The position numbers and the translations under genes were made by a program. A DNA stretch of 64,000 nt from an uncultured Candidatus Rokubacteria bacterium. GTDB lineage: Bacteria > Methylomirabilota > Methylomirabilia > Rokubacteriales > CSP1-6. The notes below the pieces were generated by a model. That model did no database searches. It was not told the origin of the DNA and saw only the letters and a program-made list of their open reading frames with translations. Positions 45,969-56,300 of this stretch are shown piece by piece (position 1 is the first letter of the stretch; each line of letters starts with the position of its first letter). The stretch is taken from contig CAWBMV010000034.1 of NCBI GenBank assembly GCA_963789955.1, positions 864,001 through 928,000 on the forward strand, in the 5' to 3' direction.

Positions 45969-47204
45969 CTAGCGCGAAGCGGAGATGCGGCTCCCGTCCT
46001 TCGTCGGCGCGCCGGCGGGCGCGTCGATGTTGTAGAGGCGCGCGCAGTTGGTCCACAGGATCTTGCGGCGTACGTCGTCGCCGAACGGCAGCCCGAAGAA
46101 CTGCTCCATCGCCTCGGGGAACGCGCCGTCGGAGTGCGGGTAGTCGGTCGAGACGACGAAGTAGTCGGCGCCCATCTTGTTGACGACGTCGACCGCGGGC
46201 TCTTCGTCCACGTCGAGCGCGATGTAGCACTGCCGCTTGAAGTACTCGCTCGGCAGCATCGACAGCTGATGCTCGCAGCCCGGGCCGAACTTCTCCCACT
46301 GGTCGTCGAGCCGCCACAGCCACCAGTAGAGCCAGCCGGCGGTGCCTTCGAGGAAGGCGGCGCGCAGCCGCGGATGGCGCTCGAGGATCCCGCCGGTCGT
46401 CATGCTGGCGATCGCGCCCATCAGCTCGACCGGATTACGAATCGCGTGGGCGATCGGGTGGAAATTGGCGTGACCGACGAAGCGCCGCCCGGCGTCGTCC
46501 TTGAGCGAGGTGTTGCCGGTCGGATGAAAGCCGATCGGCACGTCGAGCTCCTCGAGCGCGCTCCACAGCGGCTCGCAGGCCTCGTCGTGCAGGTGCTGAC
46601 CGTTGACGGGGTTCGGCGTGCCGATGATCCCGACGGCGCCGAGCTCCCGAACGCACCGCCGCGCTTCCTCGATCGCCAGCGGAATGCTGTGCATCGCGAT
46701 CTGCGCGGCGAACTTGAGCCGCCCCGGCTGGCTCCGGCAATAGTCGTGCGCCCAGTTGTTGTAGGCGCGTGCCAGCGCCGCCGCGTAGTCGGGCGCCAGG
46801 TCGTCGTGCATCAGGATCTGTCGCCCGCGCGTCCCGTACATGACGGCGACGTCGACGCCCTCGATGTCCATCGCGGTCAGGGTCGAATCCGGATCGAAGC
46901 CGCGTCCGCGCGCGACCTGAAAGTGCGGATGCCGCGCGCGACTCCGGCGCCGTAGCTCGCGGCTCGACGCGGTGGCCGCGTTCGCCGTGGCGTGCGCGGG
47001 AATCGCAAGCCCCTGGACCTCCATGCCCATGATGGCGTCGGCGTTGCCCTTGTCCTCGGTGCTCTCGCTGAGCTTTCGTTGCTGCCCTCCGAAGAACCGC
47101 GGCGGGTTCTCCCGATGCCGGCCTTCGAGGTAGCGGGCCCACAGATCGTCCGGTTCCATCATGTGAAGGTCGCTGTCGAGGATCAGATATCCGTCGCGGG
47201 CCAT
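45969..47204 (-). CDS. Amidohydrolase_2 family protein
   Basis: DSDLHMMEP, AYNNW, GFHP, LEGTAGW, STDYPHSD. Confidence 0.9.
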   Translation of the reverse strand: MARDGYLILDSDLHMMEPDDLWARYLEGRHRENPPRFFGGQQRKLSESTEDKGNADAIMGMEVQGLAIPAHATANAATASSRELRRRSRARHPHFQVARGRGFDPDSTLTAMDIEGVDVAVMYGTRGRQILMHDDLAPDYAAALARAYNNWAHDYCRSQPGRLKFAAQIAMHSIPLAIEEARRCVRELGAVGIIGTPNPVNGQHLHDEACEPLWSALEELDVPIGFHPTGNTSLKDDAGRRFVGHANFHPIAHAIRNPVELMGAIASMTTGGILERHPRLRAAFLEGTAGWLYWWLWRLDDQWEKFGPGCEHQLSMLPSEYFKRQCYIALDVDEEPAVDVVNKMGADYFVVSTDYPHSDGAFPEAMEQFFGLPFGDDVRRKILWTNCARLYNIDAPAGAPTKDGSRISASR

Positions 47205-47428
47205 GTCACACCTCCAGCGGTTTCGAGAAGGCCTGGGTTCGCGGGTGCCGACGCCCGCCGATTATCTCCAGAAGGGCAGGCGAGATAAAGGCCTCGTCGC
47301 CGGGGGAACAGGTCTCCCCTGCGATCCCTTTAGGTGTTCACCCGATTGTGCGTGCCTCATGCGCGAACCACAGTCAGACAGATCTAGTTGAAGAATGTGC
47401 CGCCGACTCGAATTTGGGGGTACTCGTC

Positions 47429-49269
47429 ATGACCCGCCTCATCCGCTCGTCGCGATCCTGCATCGTGGCGCTCGCGCTCGTTCTGCTCTCCGTGCCCGTC
47501 ATCGTGGCGGTGCAGCTTGTCTCCGATATCGGCTTCGCCCTCGCGAAGGGCCCAGGCGGTGGTGGCGGAAGCGGCAGCGGGTCCGGCAGCGGGCGGTAAC
47601 GGCAGTGGCGGGGGGAAGGCGGCAGCGGTAACGGCGGTGGCGCTGGGGCAGGCGCGGGCGCCGCGGCAGGCGGGGTCGGCGTCAGCGGGGCCACGGGGCC
47701 AGGCGGCGCCGGCGCGTCGGCCGGAGCTGGCGTTGGCGGGGTCGGGGTCAGCGGCGCGGCGGGAGCGGGCGGTCCCGGAGGTTCTGCCGGGCCGGGTGCA
47801 GGCGGGGTCGGGGTCAGCGGTGCGGCGGGGTCGGCGGTACCGGGAGTGCGGCCGGGCCGGGCGCAGGCGGGGCGGGGTCAGTGGTGCCGCGGCCTCCGGT
47901 AACGGCGGTGCGGCTGGCGGGGCGGGCGCAGGCGGAGCCGCTGGCCCTGCCGGGGCCGCCGCGGGTGGAGTCGGCGTCGGCGCTGCGGCTGGGCCGGGGA
48001 ACGGCGCCGCTGCTGCGGGCGGGGTTGGAGCCAACGGCACCGCAGCGCCTGGTGCCGGCTCGCCAGGCCCGAGCGGAGACGCGACCTCTGACGGTATCAG
48101 CGCCGCCGGCATGAGCACCGCAACCTCCGGCGCGGAAATCGCCCGACCGCGCCGGATCTATGACCTGTCGGAGCCTGAGCGCGCCGCTCAGGCCGCGGCG
48201 AAAGGCGCCGAGGAAGCCGCACGACGCGCTGCGCTCGCCGGCGATACGGCGCCGCGCAACGGCCTGCGACAGGTGAAGGACGATCCGTCCGCGGCGCGGC
48301 CGGACTCGTCGACCGCGATCGCGGAGGCCTCGAGGGACGCGGCACGGTACGCGGCGGATGCGTCGCGCGACGCATCGCGGGCCGCGGCCGCGGCCACTCG
48401 CGCGGCCAACATCGCAACTCCGGACGCGGCGGTCGTTGTCCAGGTCGAATCGGCTCGGGCGCGCGCCGCGGCCGAGCGGGCGTGGGAAGCCGTCGACGAA
48501 GCCGCGGATCGGCCCGCTCGAGTTCTCGCCCGCGGTCGCCGTCATCGCGACCTCTTCGCCCGGACTATTTCAGAATCTGCGGCGCGGCATGCAGGCCGAG
48601 TCCAGCTTCACGCGGGGAAACACGCTGCTCGAGGCGCGCAAATACCGGGAGGCGCGCGATCAGTTCGCGGAGGCGACGGCGCTCTATCCCGAGCACGACC
48701 AGGCCCGAGCGATGCTCGGGTGGTCCGAGTACTTCCTCGGAGACTTCCGTGGCGCCGTCATCACGTTCAAGACGGCGCTGCGGCGTCAACCGACGTGGGA
48801 AGGTCTCTACAACGGTCTGGGTTGGAGTCGGCTCCGTCTCGGCCGCTACCAGATGGCCGCCGCGGCGTTCCAATCCGCGCTCGACCGCAACCCCGATTAC
48901 GTCGACGCCCTCAATGGTCTCGGCTCGGCACAGTTCGAGCGGGCCAACTACGAGGTGGCTCTTCCCGCGCTCGAAAAAGCGCTCGACGGGTCGCGACGTG
49001 CTCTGAGCGCCGAGCCTCCCGAGGCGACGATCTTGAGGGGGAAGATGGCGTGGAGCCTCTACTACCTCGAGCGGCACCGCGAGGCGCTCGCGATGTTCAT
49101 CCGCGCCAGCCTGGCCGCGCCGGATTCGTATCAGTACCAGGTGGGCATGGGCTGGTCCTACCTCAAGCTCGGCCAGAAGGACGATGCACGAGCGGCGTTT
49201 CGGCGGGCCATGAAGCTGGGCCCGAGCGACGAGGCGGCACGCGAAGGCCTCCGGCGCGCCGGGATCTGA
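47429..49269 (+). CDS. Exported Gly/Ala-repeat protein with C-terminal TPRs (several frameshifts)
   Basis: Signal-like N-terminus, GGVGVSGA repeats, Ala-rich helix, then TPRs (ARAMLGW, LYNGLGW, ALNGLG, YQVGMGW). Confidence 0.65.
47669..47885 (+). repeat. 66-bp-period coding tandem repeat (about 4 units)
   Basis: GGCGGGGTCGG(C/G)GTCAG core at 47669, 47735, 47801 and a degenerate copy at 47866. Confidence 0.75.
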
Positions 49270-49284
49270 ACGCGGAGCCCTGTC

Positions 49285-50392
49285 ATGAGCACGCAGCCGG
49301 TCGCACCGACGGACCAGACGCCTCGCGCCGAACATCCTCATCGGTGCACGGCCGGCCATCGATGGCAGCACGATGGACCGACGGCGGTCACCTGCCAGAT
49401 TCCGACCTACGATCGGGTCTCCGGCGATCTGCCGTTCGTGAGCCCTGCGGATTGTCCGGTATGCAGCGGGCGGAGCGATCTGCTGATCAGAGAGCTCCAC
49501 ACGCACTACTGCAACATGTGCGATGGAGAGTGGGAGCACGACGGTCGGTGTCTCGACAGTCTGGCTGCTTGTTGCCCCTGGTGTTTTGCCGAAGTCCGAC
49601 TCGGAGCCGGCGGCCGGCGCTCGCCGAGGATCGCACTTCCACTTCTGCTCGGAATGCGGACAGAACTGGCGGCATGCGATCGGATGCTCGGCCCCGCTGC
49701 GTGCGGCGCTTCCAGAGTGCACGGGGTGCCAGGGTCCACTCGCGGTGGGAGACGCAGAGCCGCGGGTGGCGCCCGCGCCCACTCAGCTTCGTGTTGCGCG
49801 GGCCGTGGGCGACCGCCTCAGGCCGTTCGCCTTTCGAGCAAGCATCGCCGCGATGGCGCTCCTGGCGATACCCGTCGCACTCACGGGATATTCGACGCTA
49901 TGGAGACCGGTACTCGATGAGGCACCGCCTCTCGACGCCGGTCCCTGCAGCGCCGCCGGTGATAGCGACCACGCGGGATCTGGCCCTGCCGCCCGCGCCG
50001 CCGACGCCCGAGCCCAGGAAAGAGGTTCGTCGCGCCGCTCCGGCACCGCGGCCGCGAATCGAACGTTCGCGAGAGGCTGACTTGCTGCCGAAGCCGGTGG
50101 CGCCTCCTTCGCAGCCAGCGACGCCTTCTCCGCACCCGGCCATCGTGCAAGGGTCGCCCGCGCCGCCGCCGTTCAAACCCGAGCCATCCGCGGCTCGATC
50201 CGAGCTCGTCGCCGAGTCGGCTTCTCGGGTGCGCGAGGCTCCGCCGGCTTCGACTGAAACTGCGTCAGTCGCCACACCCGTTCGAGCGGAGGTGCTCGCT
50301 CCATCCCTGGCGCGCCGCCGTTCGGGGGGTTGAGCGGCAGCAGCGGTCTAGACACCTCGCTCGACGGCCATCCGCGGCGCGTCACTCGATAA
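49285..50392 (+). CDS. Membrane-anchored protein with three His/Cys repeats and a Pro-rich tail (frameshifted; 3' end uncertain)
   Basis: Three HxHxC...WxH...C...CxxC units across two frames, TM ASIAAMALLAIPVALTGY, Pro-rich C-terminus. Confidence 0.6.
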
Positions 50393-50939
50393 TCGCGCTC
50401 CGGCCGCGTCGCCACGGCGTGGCCAGCGCTGTCGTTTGCGTCACGCCCCATCGCGCCGGTAAGATTGCAATCAGCCGGTCGCGCAGGACGTCGGCAAGCG
50501 GAACAGGAGTGGCACTCCGTTCAAGCGCGGTACCGCGATCCCCGTCGGCATAGTTCCACGCCATAAAGGCCAGAATCACAACCAATGTGATGATCACAAA
50601 GAAGAGCAGCGGAAAGAGGTCCGTGCGCCGTTGCACTCGATTCAATTCAGCCAACAGGACTGTCGATGATGCATCCGACATCCGCCCGACATCCCCACTG
50701 TCTATTACCTCAGGAACGATCTGTACTTCAGTCCCTGGATGTCGAGGAGGACGATCAACACGAGGTGCCCCAAGTGTTTGGCGATAGTAAAGGCCGCCCC
50801 GTCCCAAATGAATATAGCTGCCACGCGGACCTACTCCAATTCGCGCACCTTTGACGCCAAATGACGCTCCCAGGCCCGATCTTGAAAGGTTGAGCCGCAG
50901 TGGACCGAAGTTGAAGCCTTTCCTGATGTAGAACCCCAC
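50382..50939 (-). CDS. DUF4236-domain membrane protein, probably 3'-truncated
   Basis: GFYIRKGFNFGPLRLNLSRSGLGASFGVKGARIG...GGLYYRQ; one TM helix; GGAGG RBS. Confidence 0.75.
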   Translation of the reverse strand: MGFYIRKGFNFGPLRLNLSRSGLGASFGVKGARIGVGPRGSYIHLGRGGLYYRQTLGAPRVDRPPRHPGTEVQIVPEVIDSGDVGRMSDASSTVLLAELNRVQRRTDLFPLLFFVIITLVVILAFMAWNYADGDRGTALERSATPVPLADVLRDRLIAILPARWGVTQTTALATPWRRGRSAIIE

Positions 50940-51112
50940 GCTACCCAATCCTCCCGTGAAACAGCCGCCCGAATTAGCAGCAACCTAAAGCGGACGAGGT
51001 ATACCAGCGTCTACCCGCCGTGAAGGATGGTCGAGAGCAGCCTCTCATTTCTGTTCCAAAGTGCTCATTTGGGTTCTCCGATGTGGGCGCGGCCCACAAG
51101 CGGGGCAAACGT

Positions 51113-51194
51113 GAGGCTGAGAGCGAGAACGACCGCGAGCCCGATCAGCCGATGGGCACCTCGGTGGAGGATTGCTGGCGGGAGTCTAGCAGAC
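51113..51194 (-). repeat. SBP leader repeat, copy 1 (promoter, RBS and signal-peptide start; remnant)
   Basis: Differs from 63385-63467 by 4 mismatches and 1 gap; encodes RLIGLAVVLALSL but has no intact ATG. Confidence 0.85.
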
Positions 51195-51199
51195 CTGAA

Positions 51200-51302
51200 C
51201 TATGGGCGGTGTGGCTCCAGCGTCCGGTTGATGACCGCCCCGCACGTGCAGGTCATCCGCACGCGCTCCCCGTCCGCCCCGCCGTCCAGCTCGCCGCAGT
51301 GT
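51200..51302 (-). pseudogene. Remnant of a tiny CxCG (putative Zn-binding) protein
   Basis: HCGELDGGADGERVRMTCTCGAVINRTLEP; shares an exact 17-mer with 60197-60213. Confidence 0.55.
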
Positions 51303-51378
51303 AGTCGGCGAGAGTTAACAACCCGAAGGTTGCTGGATAGATTGGGCACTCGTTGCTGCTGCGGAGGCCGTTTTCGTG

Positions 51379-51714
51379 ATGTCATCACCTCAGATCTGCG
51401 CGTTACTTCTCGTGGTCTTCATCGCCGGTTGCACGAAATACTACTGGGAAGCGCCCGGCCGCGACGTGACGACATTCCAGGCAGACAGCGGGTCCTGTAT
51501 CCAGGAAGCGATCGAGAAGGACCGCGTCAACGTGGCCGCTGGGCTCGCGTCCGCCGGCCGGGAGACGATCTATAAGCGCTGTATGATCAACAAAGGCTGG
51601 AAGCGGACCGAGACGTCTGTTGGTCTCGACCATCAGTTCAGAGGACCCGAGGACGACGCCGAGTTTGACCAGCCGCCGCCACCGATGAGCGGCGTGCGTT
51701 ACCAGAAGTATTAG
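51379..51714 (+). CDS. Small lipoprotein, hypothetical
   Basis: Hydrophobic leader with lipobox IAGC; W..PG...D...C and Y..CM..KGW pattern; GGAGG RBS. Confidence 0.7.
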   Translation: MSSPQICALLLVVFIAGCTKYYWEAPGRDVTTFQADSGSCIQEAIEKDRVNVAAGLASAGRETIYKRCMINKGWKRTETSVGLDHQFRGPEDDAEFDQPPPPMSGVRYQKY

Positions 51715-51778
51715 CTCCAATTCAGAAACAGCGGGTGCCGCAGCGTCCCACTCGGCATCACGTGCCAGAGGTGAAGTG

Positions 51779-51982
51779 ATGCTGAGTGAAGGCTACCAAG
51801 ACGGGTTCCGCGACGGCTGGTCCGATCAACGCGACGGGCGGAAGCCGAGCAGTGTGCCAACGAACGACTACTACGGCCGGGAGTACCGCCGTGGCTACGA
51901 AGGAGGCGCTCGCGCCTACGCGCAGCGCCTTGAAGGCCGCTCCGAGCGCCGCTCCACTGCGTCCCGCGATGAGGTGGCGTGA
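51779..51982 (+). CDS. Small hypothetical protein with GY/GF-x-x-G repeats
   Basis: GYQDGFRDG...YRRGYEGG; GAGGTG RBS. Confidence 0.5.
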   Translation: MLSEGYQDGFRDGWSDQRDGRKPSSVPTNDYYGREYRRGYEGGARAYAQRLEGRSERRSTASRDEVA

Positions 51983-52032
51983 TGTTCTCGTGCAAGCAGA
52001 CCGCCATGGCGGGATGATAGCGCCGATGGGGT

Positions 52033-52335
52033 TCAGGCTCGCTTCACGCTGACTTTCTCGTAAGACCCCCACAGCTTTACCTCAGTGACGCCAGGCTGAT
52101 TCACCCGCTGGACCCGTGCGTGCGTGGTCTTCCCACCCGCCGTCGTGTAGGGCCGTCCGACCACTTCCCACTCGCCAGTTGAGTCAGTGAGCCGATCGCC
52201 GATCTGGAGCTGCATGGGGAGGACACGAGTGGTGCCGGGCGGCTCGGGCGGTGGCATCCCAGGGAGCGGAGGCTGTGTGGGCTTCGGTACCGGCTTGGAC
52301 TTCTGGCGTTTCTTTTGGGGGCGCGGTCTAGCCAA
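52033..52335 (-). CDS. Small hypothetical protein, basic/Pro N-terminus plus a predicted SH3-like barrel
   Basis: RVLPMQLQIGDRL...GEWEVVGRPYTTAGGK...ARVQRV beta-rich pattern. Confidence 0.65.
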   Translation of the reverse strand: MARPRPQKKRQKSKPVPKPTQPPLPGMPPPEPPGTTRVLPMQLQIGDRLTDSTGEWEVVGRPYTTAGGKTTHARVQRVNQPGVTEVKLWGSYEKVSVKRA

Positions 52336-52759
52336 CCGAGTTTTCGTCTGCCAGCCTGCCGTCCATACGGTTGGCCTCGAGTGCTCGTGTCACCAGAGAG
52401 CCCAGCTCGTCGAGCTTGATCGGTTGAGGGATGAAGGCGAACGCGCCCATGGAAAGGCATCTCTCACTTGCTTGCTCAGCTGCTGAGGCAACAATCACGG
52501 GGAGTGAGCTATGGTGAACCCGCATCTGATGGAGAAAGCCCATGGCCTCCTCGTAACCCACCGGGGCGACCTTGCGTGTCCAACGGACTCGGAGGCTGAG
52601 AAGCAGAACCAAGTCAAAAGAGCGACGTGACAGTGTCGTCATCGCCTCGTCGCAGCACTCGACCGACGCAACCTCGTAATCACCGAGGTGACGGAGGTAG
52701 TCGCGCAGCATCGGGGCCATTCCTTCGCTTCCGACTAGCAAAACTTGCCGTCTAGCCAT
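52328..52759 (-). CDS. Atypical (pseudo-)receiver domain protein
   Basis: REC-like VLLV, FDLVLL, PVIVAS, GAFAFIPQP; lacks the phospho-Asp and the conserved Lys. Confidence 0.7.
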   Translation of the reverse strand: MARRQVLLVGSEGMAPMLRDYLRHLGDYEVASVECCDEAMTTLSRRSFDLVLLLSLRVRWTRKVAPVGYEEAMGFLHQMRVHHSSLPVIVASAAEQASERCLSMGAFAFIPQPIKLDELGSLVTRALEANRMDGRLADENSVG

Positions 52760-52903
52760 CCCGCACTCGCTTGTCTCAGTGCCCCCCGCCCGCTGCATCG
52801 CGTGCCCGGCACCACGTCTGCCGTCTCGTGGACGGCGGTCAGACGGTGCTCGGTGACCGTCACTGATAACTACATCGGAAGCGTGATAGCTCAGATGCTC
52901 TCA

Positions 52904-53155
52904 TCACACGAACCGCACGAGATAACCGCGCTCGATCGCCTCAGCAGCTACCGCGGCGACGATGGCGCTGCTGACGATGCGATCGCCGTTGGGTAGCGGC
53001 TCGGCGAGGAATTTTTCGGACCACACGTGCGCCTCGGGTGTCAGCGTGCGAAGGACAAAATTGGTGTCGTCCGTCGACTCGATCTCGAAGTGCGTGAGCC
53101 GCTGCTTGGTGAACAGTCCACGCAGGATGCGTTCGATCACCGGCTCTGCCAGCAC
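52904..53155 (-). CDS. Hypothetical protein
   Basis: 83-aa ORF with protein-like composition; no family recognised. Confidence 0.4.
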   Translation of the reverse strand: MLAEPVIERILRGLFTKQRLTHFEIESTDDTNFVLRTLTPEAHVWSEKFLAEPLPNGDRIVSSAIVAAVAAEAIERGYLVRFV

Positions 53156-53348
53156 GCCGTTCGGTACGCGATTCGGCCCATCATCGATTAGCGTAGCGTG
53201 ACTGGGCGTTCTCCGTACTCCGCAACGTTTGCAGAGTCATTCCGGAAGCCCAGCGCCGATCGAGGCGCAGCGGGTCCGCGGGCCGTGAGAGCGGTGGTTG
53301 TGGACGAACTCAGCTAAATCATTAAGGGGAGAGGACTTCACTCGATCA

Positions 53349-56300
53349 CTAAACTCTCAGTTCTGCCTCTGCCTGCTCCAGCCAGTACGTCATCCCCATC
53401 TCGCGGTACATCGTCTTCGCGGTGGTGAGATGCTCCTGCGCTTGCTCGCGCTTGCCCGTGCGCCGGTAGAGCTTGCCGAGGCCGAGGTGGCAATGGGCGA
53501 CGAGCGGCCGCATACCCAGCTCATCGGCCAGCCCCAGCGCTTGACGGCAGAACGTCTCGGCGGAGTCCCGCTCGTGCAATGATTCGATCTCCCCCCGCAC
53601 GTAGAGGGCGAGGGCCTCGTACCCTCTCTGGCCGCGCTGACGGCTGAGCCGTAGTGCCTCGTCGGCTTGCTCTCCCGCCTCGTCCATCCGGCCGGCCATC
53701 AGGTGCGCGTGCGCCTGCCACGCCACCCACTGCGAGTGGCCGAAGAAGAACCGCAACCGGTCGGCTTCCTCCAGTCCCCCCGCGAGCACGGTGCATCCCT
53801 CCTCGGGACGACCGGACAGCGCCAGCGCGTAGCCGCGCAAGGCAGTCGCCCACGGAATCGGGATCCCGCGCACCCGGATCACCTCGAGCGCGGGCTCGAG
53901 AATCTGCATCGCCTCCGCCACACGCTCCTGGACCAGATAGATGTTGCAGAGCGCCATGTGGGCCATCGCGAAGCCGAACGGCAGATCCTCGGCCTTCGTG
54001 AGCACCCGGGCCTCGGTGCCCAAACGCTCGGCCTCGGCGAAGTCGCCAAGCTCGGCCAAGCAGAGGGCGGCCATCCCGCGAGCGTAGACGGCCGGGGGGA
54101 TCGCCTGGCCGAATCGCTGCCGCGCGAGGTCCCCGGTGAGCAGGTCGATCGCTTCGGTGAAGATCGCGATGGACCGGCGGAGGTCGCCTCGTTCGCGGCA
54201 GGCGTGGGCCAACGGCGTCCGAGCCGAGGCGCGCAGCCCAGTATCACCGACCTCATCGGCCAACGCGCGCGCCTTCTCCCCCACGGCCATCGCCGGGACC
54301 GGCTCGCCCGCGAACAGCAGGGCCGTGGTCGTATAGGCCCAAACCCAGGCCAGCCGCTGGCGGTCGCCGAGCCTGAGGGCCAGCACCTCCGCCTCCTTGA
54401 GGTATCGGGCGGTCCGCTCGAGCTGGCCCAGCTGCAATAGTACGCTGCGCATCAGGAGGCGGACGTCGATCGCCGCAGCCAGCATCTCTGGGTCATCAGG
54501 CAGGTGCGCCAGTGCGGTCAGTGCCTGCTCGAGCGCCGCCACTGTCTCGCGGTTCGCCGAGCGCTCGAAGGCCTTGCTGCCACTCTGACGTGAGTAGTGG
54601 AGGGCGAGCGGCCAGAGCCCGCCGTTCAGCGCGTGGTACGCCAGCCGCTCGACATGCTCGGTCAGTCGGTCCGGATAGGAACGTTCGATGACACCGACAA
54701 TCCGGGCGTGCAGAGCCTTGCGCCGGTCTTGGAGCAGAGTGCCGTAGGTGACTTCATGGGTGAGTCCATGCTTGAAGGTGTACGTAAGCTCAGGTAGAAA
54801 TGCGGTCTCGTGCAGAAACTCAGCAGAGTGGAGATGGCTGAGCCCGAGATGAAGCACCTCCTCGGTCTCGTCTGTGATCGCTTGAAGGAGGGCGAAGGGA
54901 AAGTCCTTGCCGATGACCGCCGCGGTCTCGAGGAGCCTCTTCTGCTCAGGCGGCAAGCGGTCGATGCGCGAAGCTAAGGTTGCCTGCACCGTCGCCGGCA
55001 TCTGAACAGCCTCAATCGGTTGGGCCAGCTGATAGGCGCCTCGTTGGCCGACCAAAGCCCTCGTTTCCACCAAGGAACGAACGCTCTCTTCGAGAAATAG
55101 AGGATTGCCTTCGGCTCGGGAGGCCAGGAGGTTCTTAAGTCCGCGGATCGAGGAGTCAAAACCCAGGAAGGTGTCGAGTAGGGCTTCCACGCTCTCCGGC
55201 GGCAGCGCATCGAGGCGGACCTGGGCGTAATACGTCCTATTGCCCCACTCATGACGGTATTCGGGGCGGTAGGTGACGAGGAGGAGAAGGCGGGCGCCGG
55301 GCAGCCGCTCGATCAAGCCGTCCAGGAACACCTGGGTCTCCGAGTCGATCCAGTGAAGGTCTTCGACGACCAGCAGGACCGGTTGGACTTGGGTCTCGCG
55401 GAGTAGGAGGCGGCTGAGCCCATCGAGCATCCGCCGACGACGATGGCCTGGCTCGAGCGCCAGCCATTGAGGATCCTCGACTGGAACATCAAGGAGCGCT
55501 AAAACGGCCGACGTGATCGTCCCAAGATCGCGATCGAGTGCGAGGACCTTCCCGGTTATCTTTCCCCGAATGTCCTGGTGCGTGTCGCGATCGTCGATCC
55601 CGAAATACCCTTTGAGCAGGTCCACCACGGGCAGATAGGCCACCGCCTTGCCGTAGGACACTGAACCCGCCTCAAGAACAAGCCATCCCTCCACCCGACG
55701 AGAATTGGTCAGTTCGAAGACCAAGCGGGACTTGCCGACACCTGGCTCGCCCCCGATGGCCATCACCTGACCTCGCCCCTCCCCGGCGTGCTCCAGGACG
55801 CGGTGAAGCTGGTCGATCTCGCTGCCTCGGCCCACGAAAGAGGAGAGGCCGCGCGTGGCGGCCGCCTGCAGTCGAGAGCGCACGGCGCTGACGCCAGTGA
55901 GCATATAGGCCTCAACCGAGGCTGACAGGCCCTTCACCGCAATAGGGCCGAGGGCGGTCACCTGCACAAAGCTCTCGGCGAGCGCCATCGTGTCGGGCGT
56001 CAAGAGGATCGTACCCGGGTCCGCCAGTTGTTCCATCCGCGCTGCGAGGTGGGTGATCTGGCCGACGGCCGTGTAATCCATGTGCAGATCGCTACCGATT
56101 GCGCGCACGACGACCTCTCCGGAGTTAAGTCCGACACGGATCCTGATCACGACCGCGTGAGAGCGCCGCACCTCTTCCGCGTACTTCTTCACGCTCTCCT
56201 GCATCCGGAGAGCCGCATAGCACGCGCGCACGGCGTGGTCTTCGTGCGCGAGCGGCGCGCCGAACAGCGCCATGATCCCGTCCCCCATGACCTGGTTCAC

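Noticed and set aside
47560..48060. G-rich periodic repeat as a CRISPR array
   Set aside because: The period is a multiple of 3, the units encode Gly/Ala, the 'spacers' resemble each other, and there are no cas genes.
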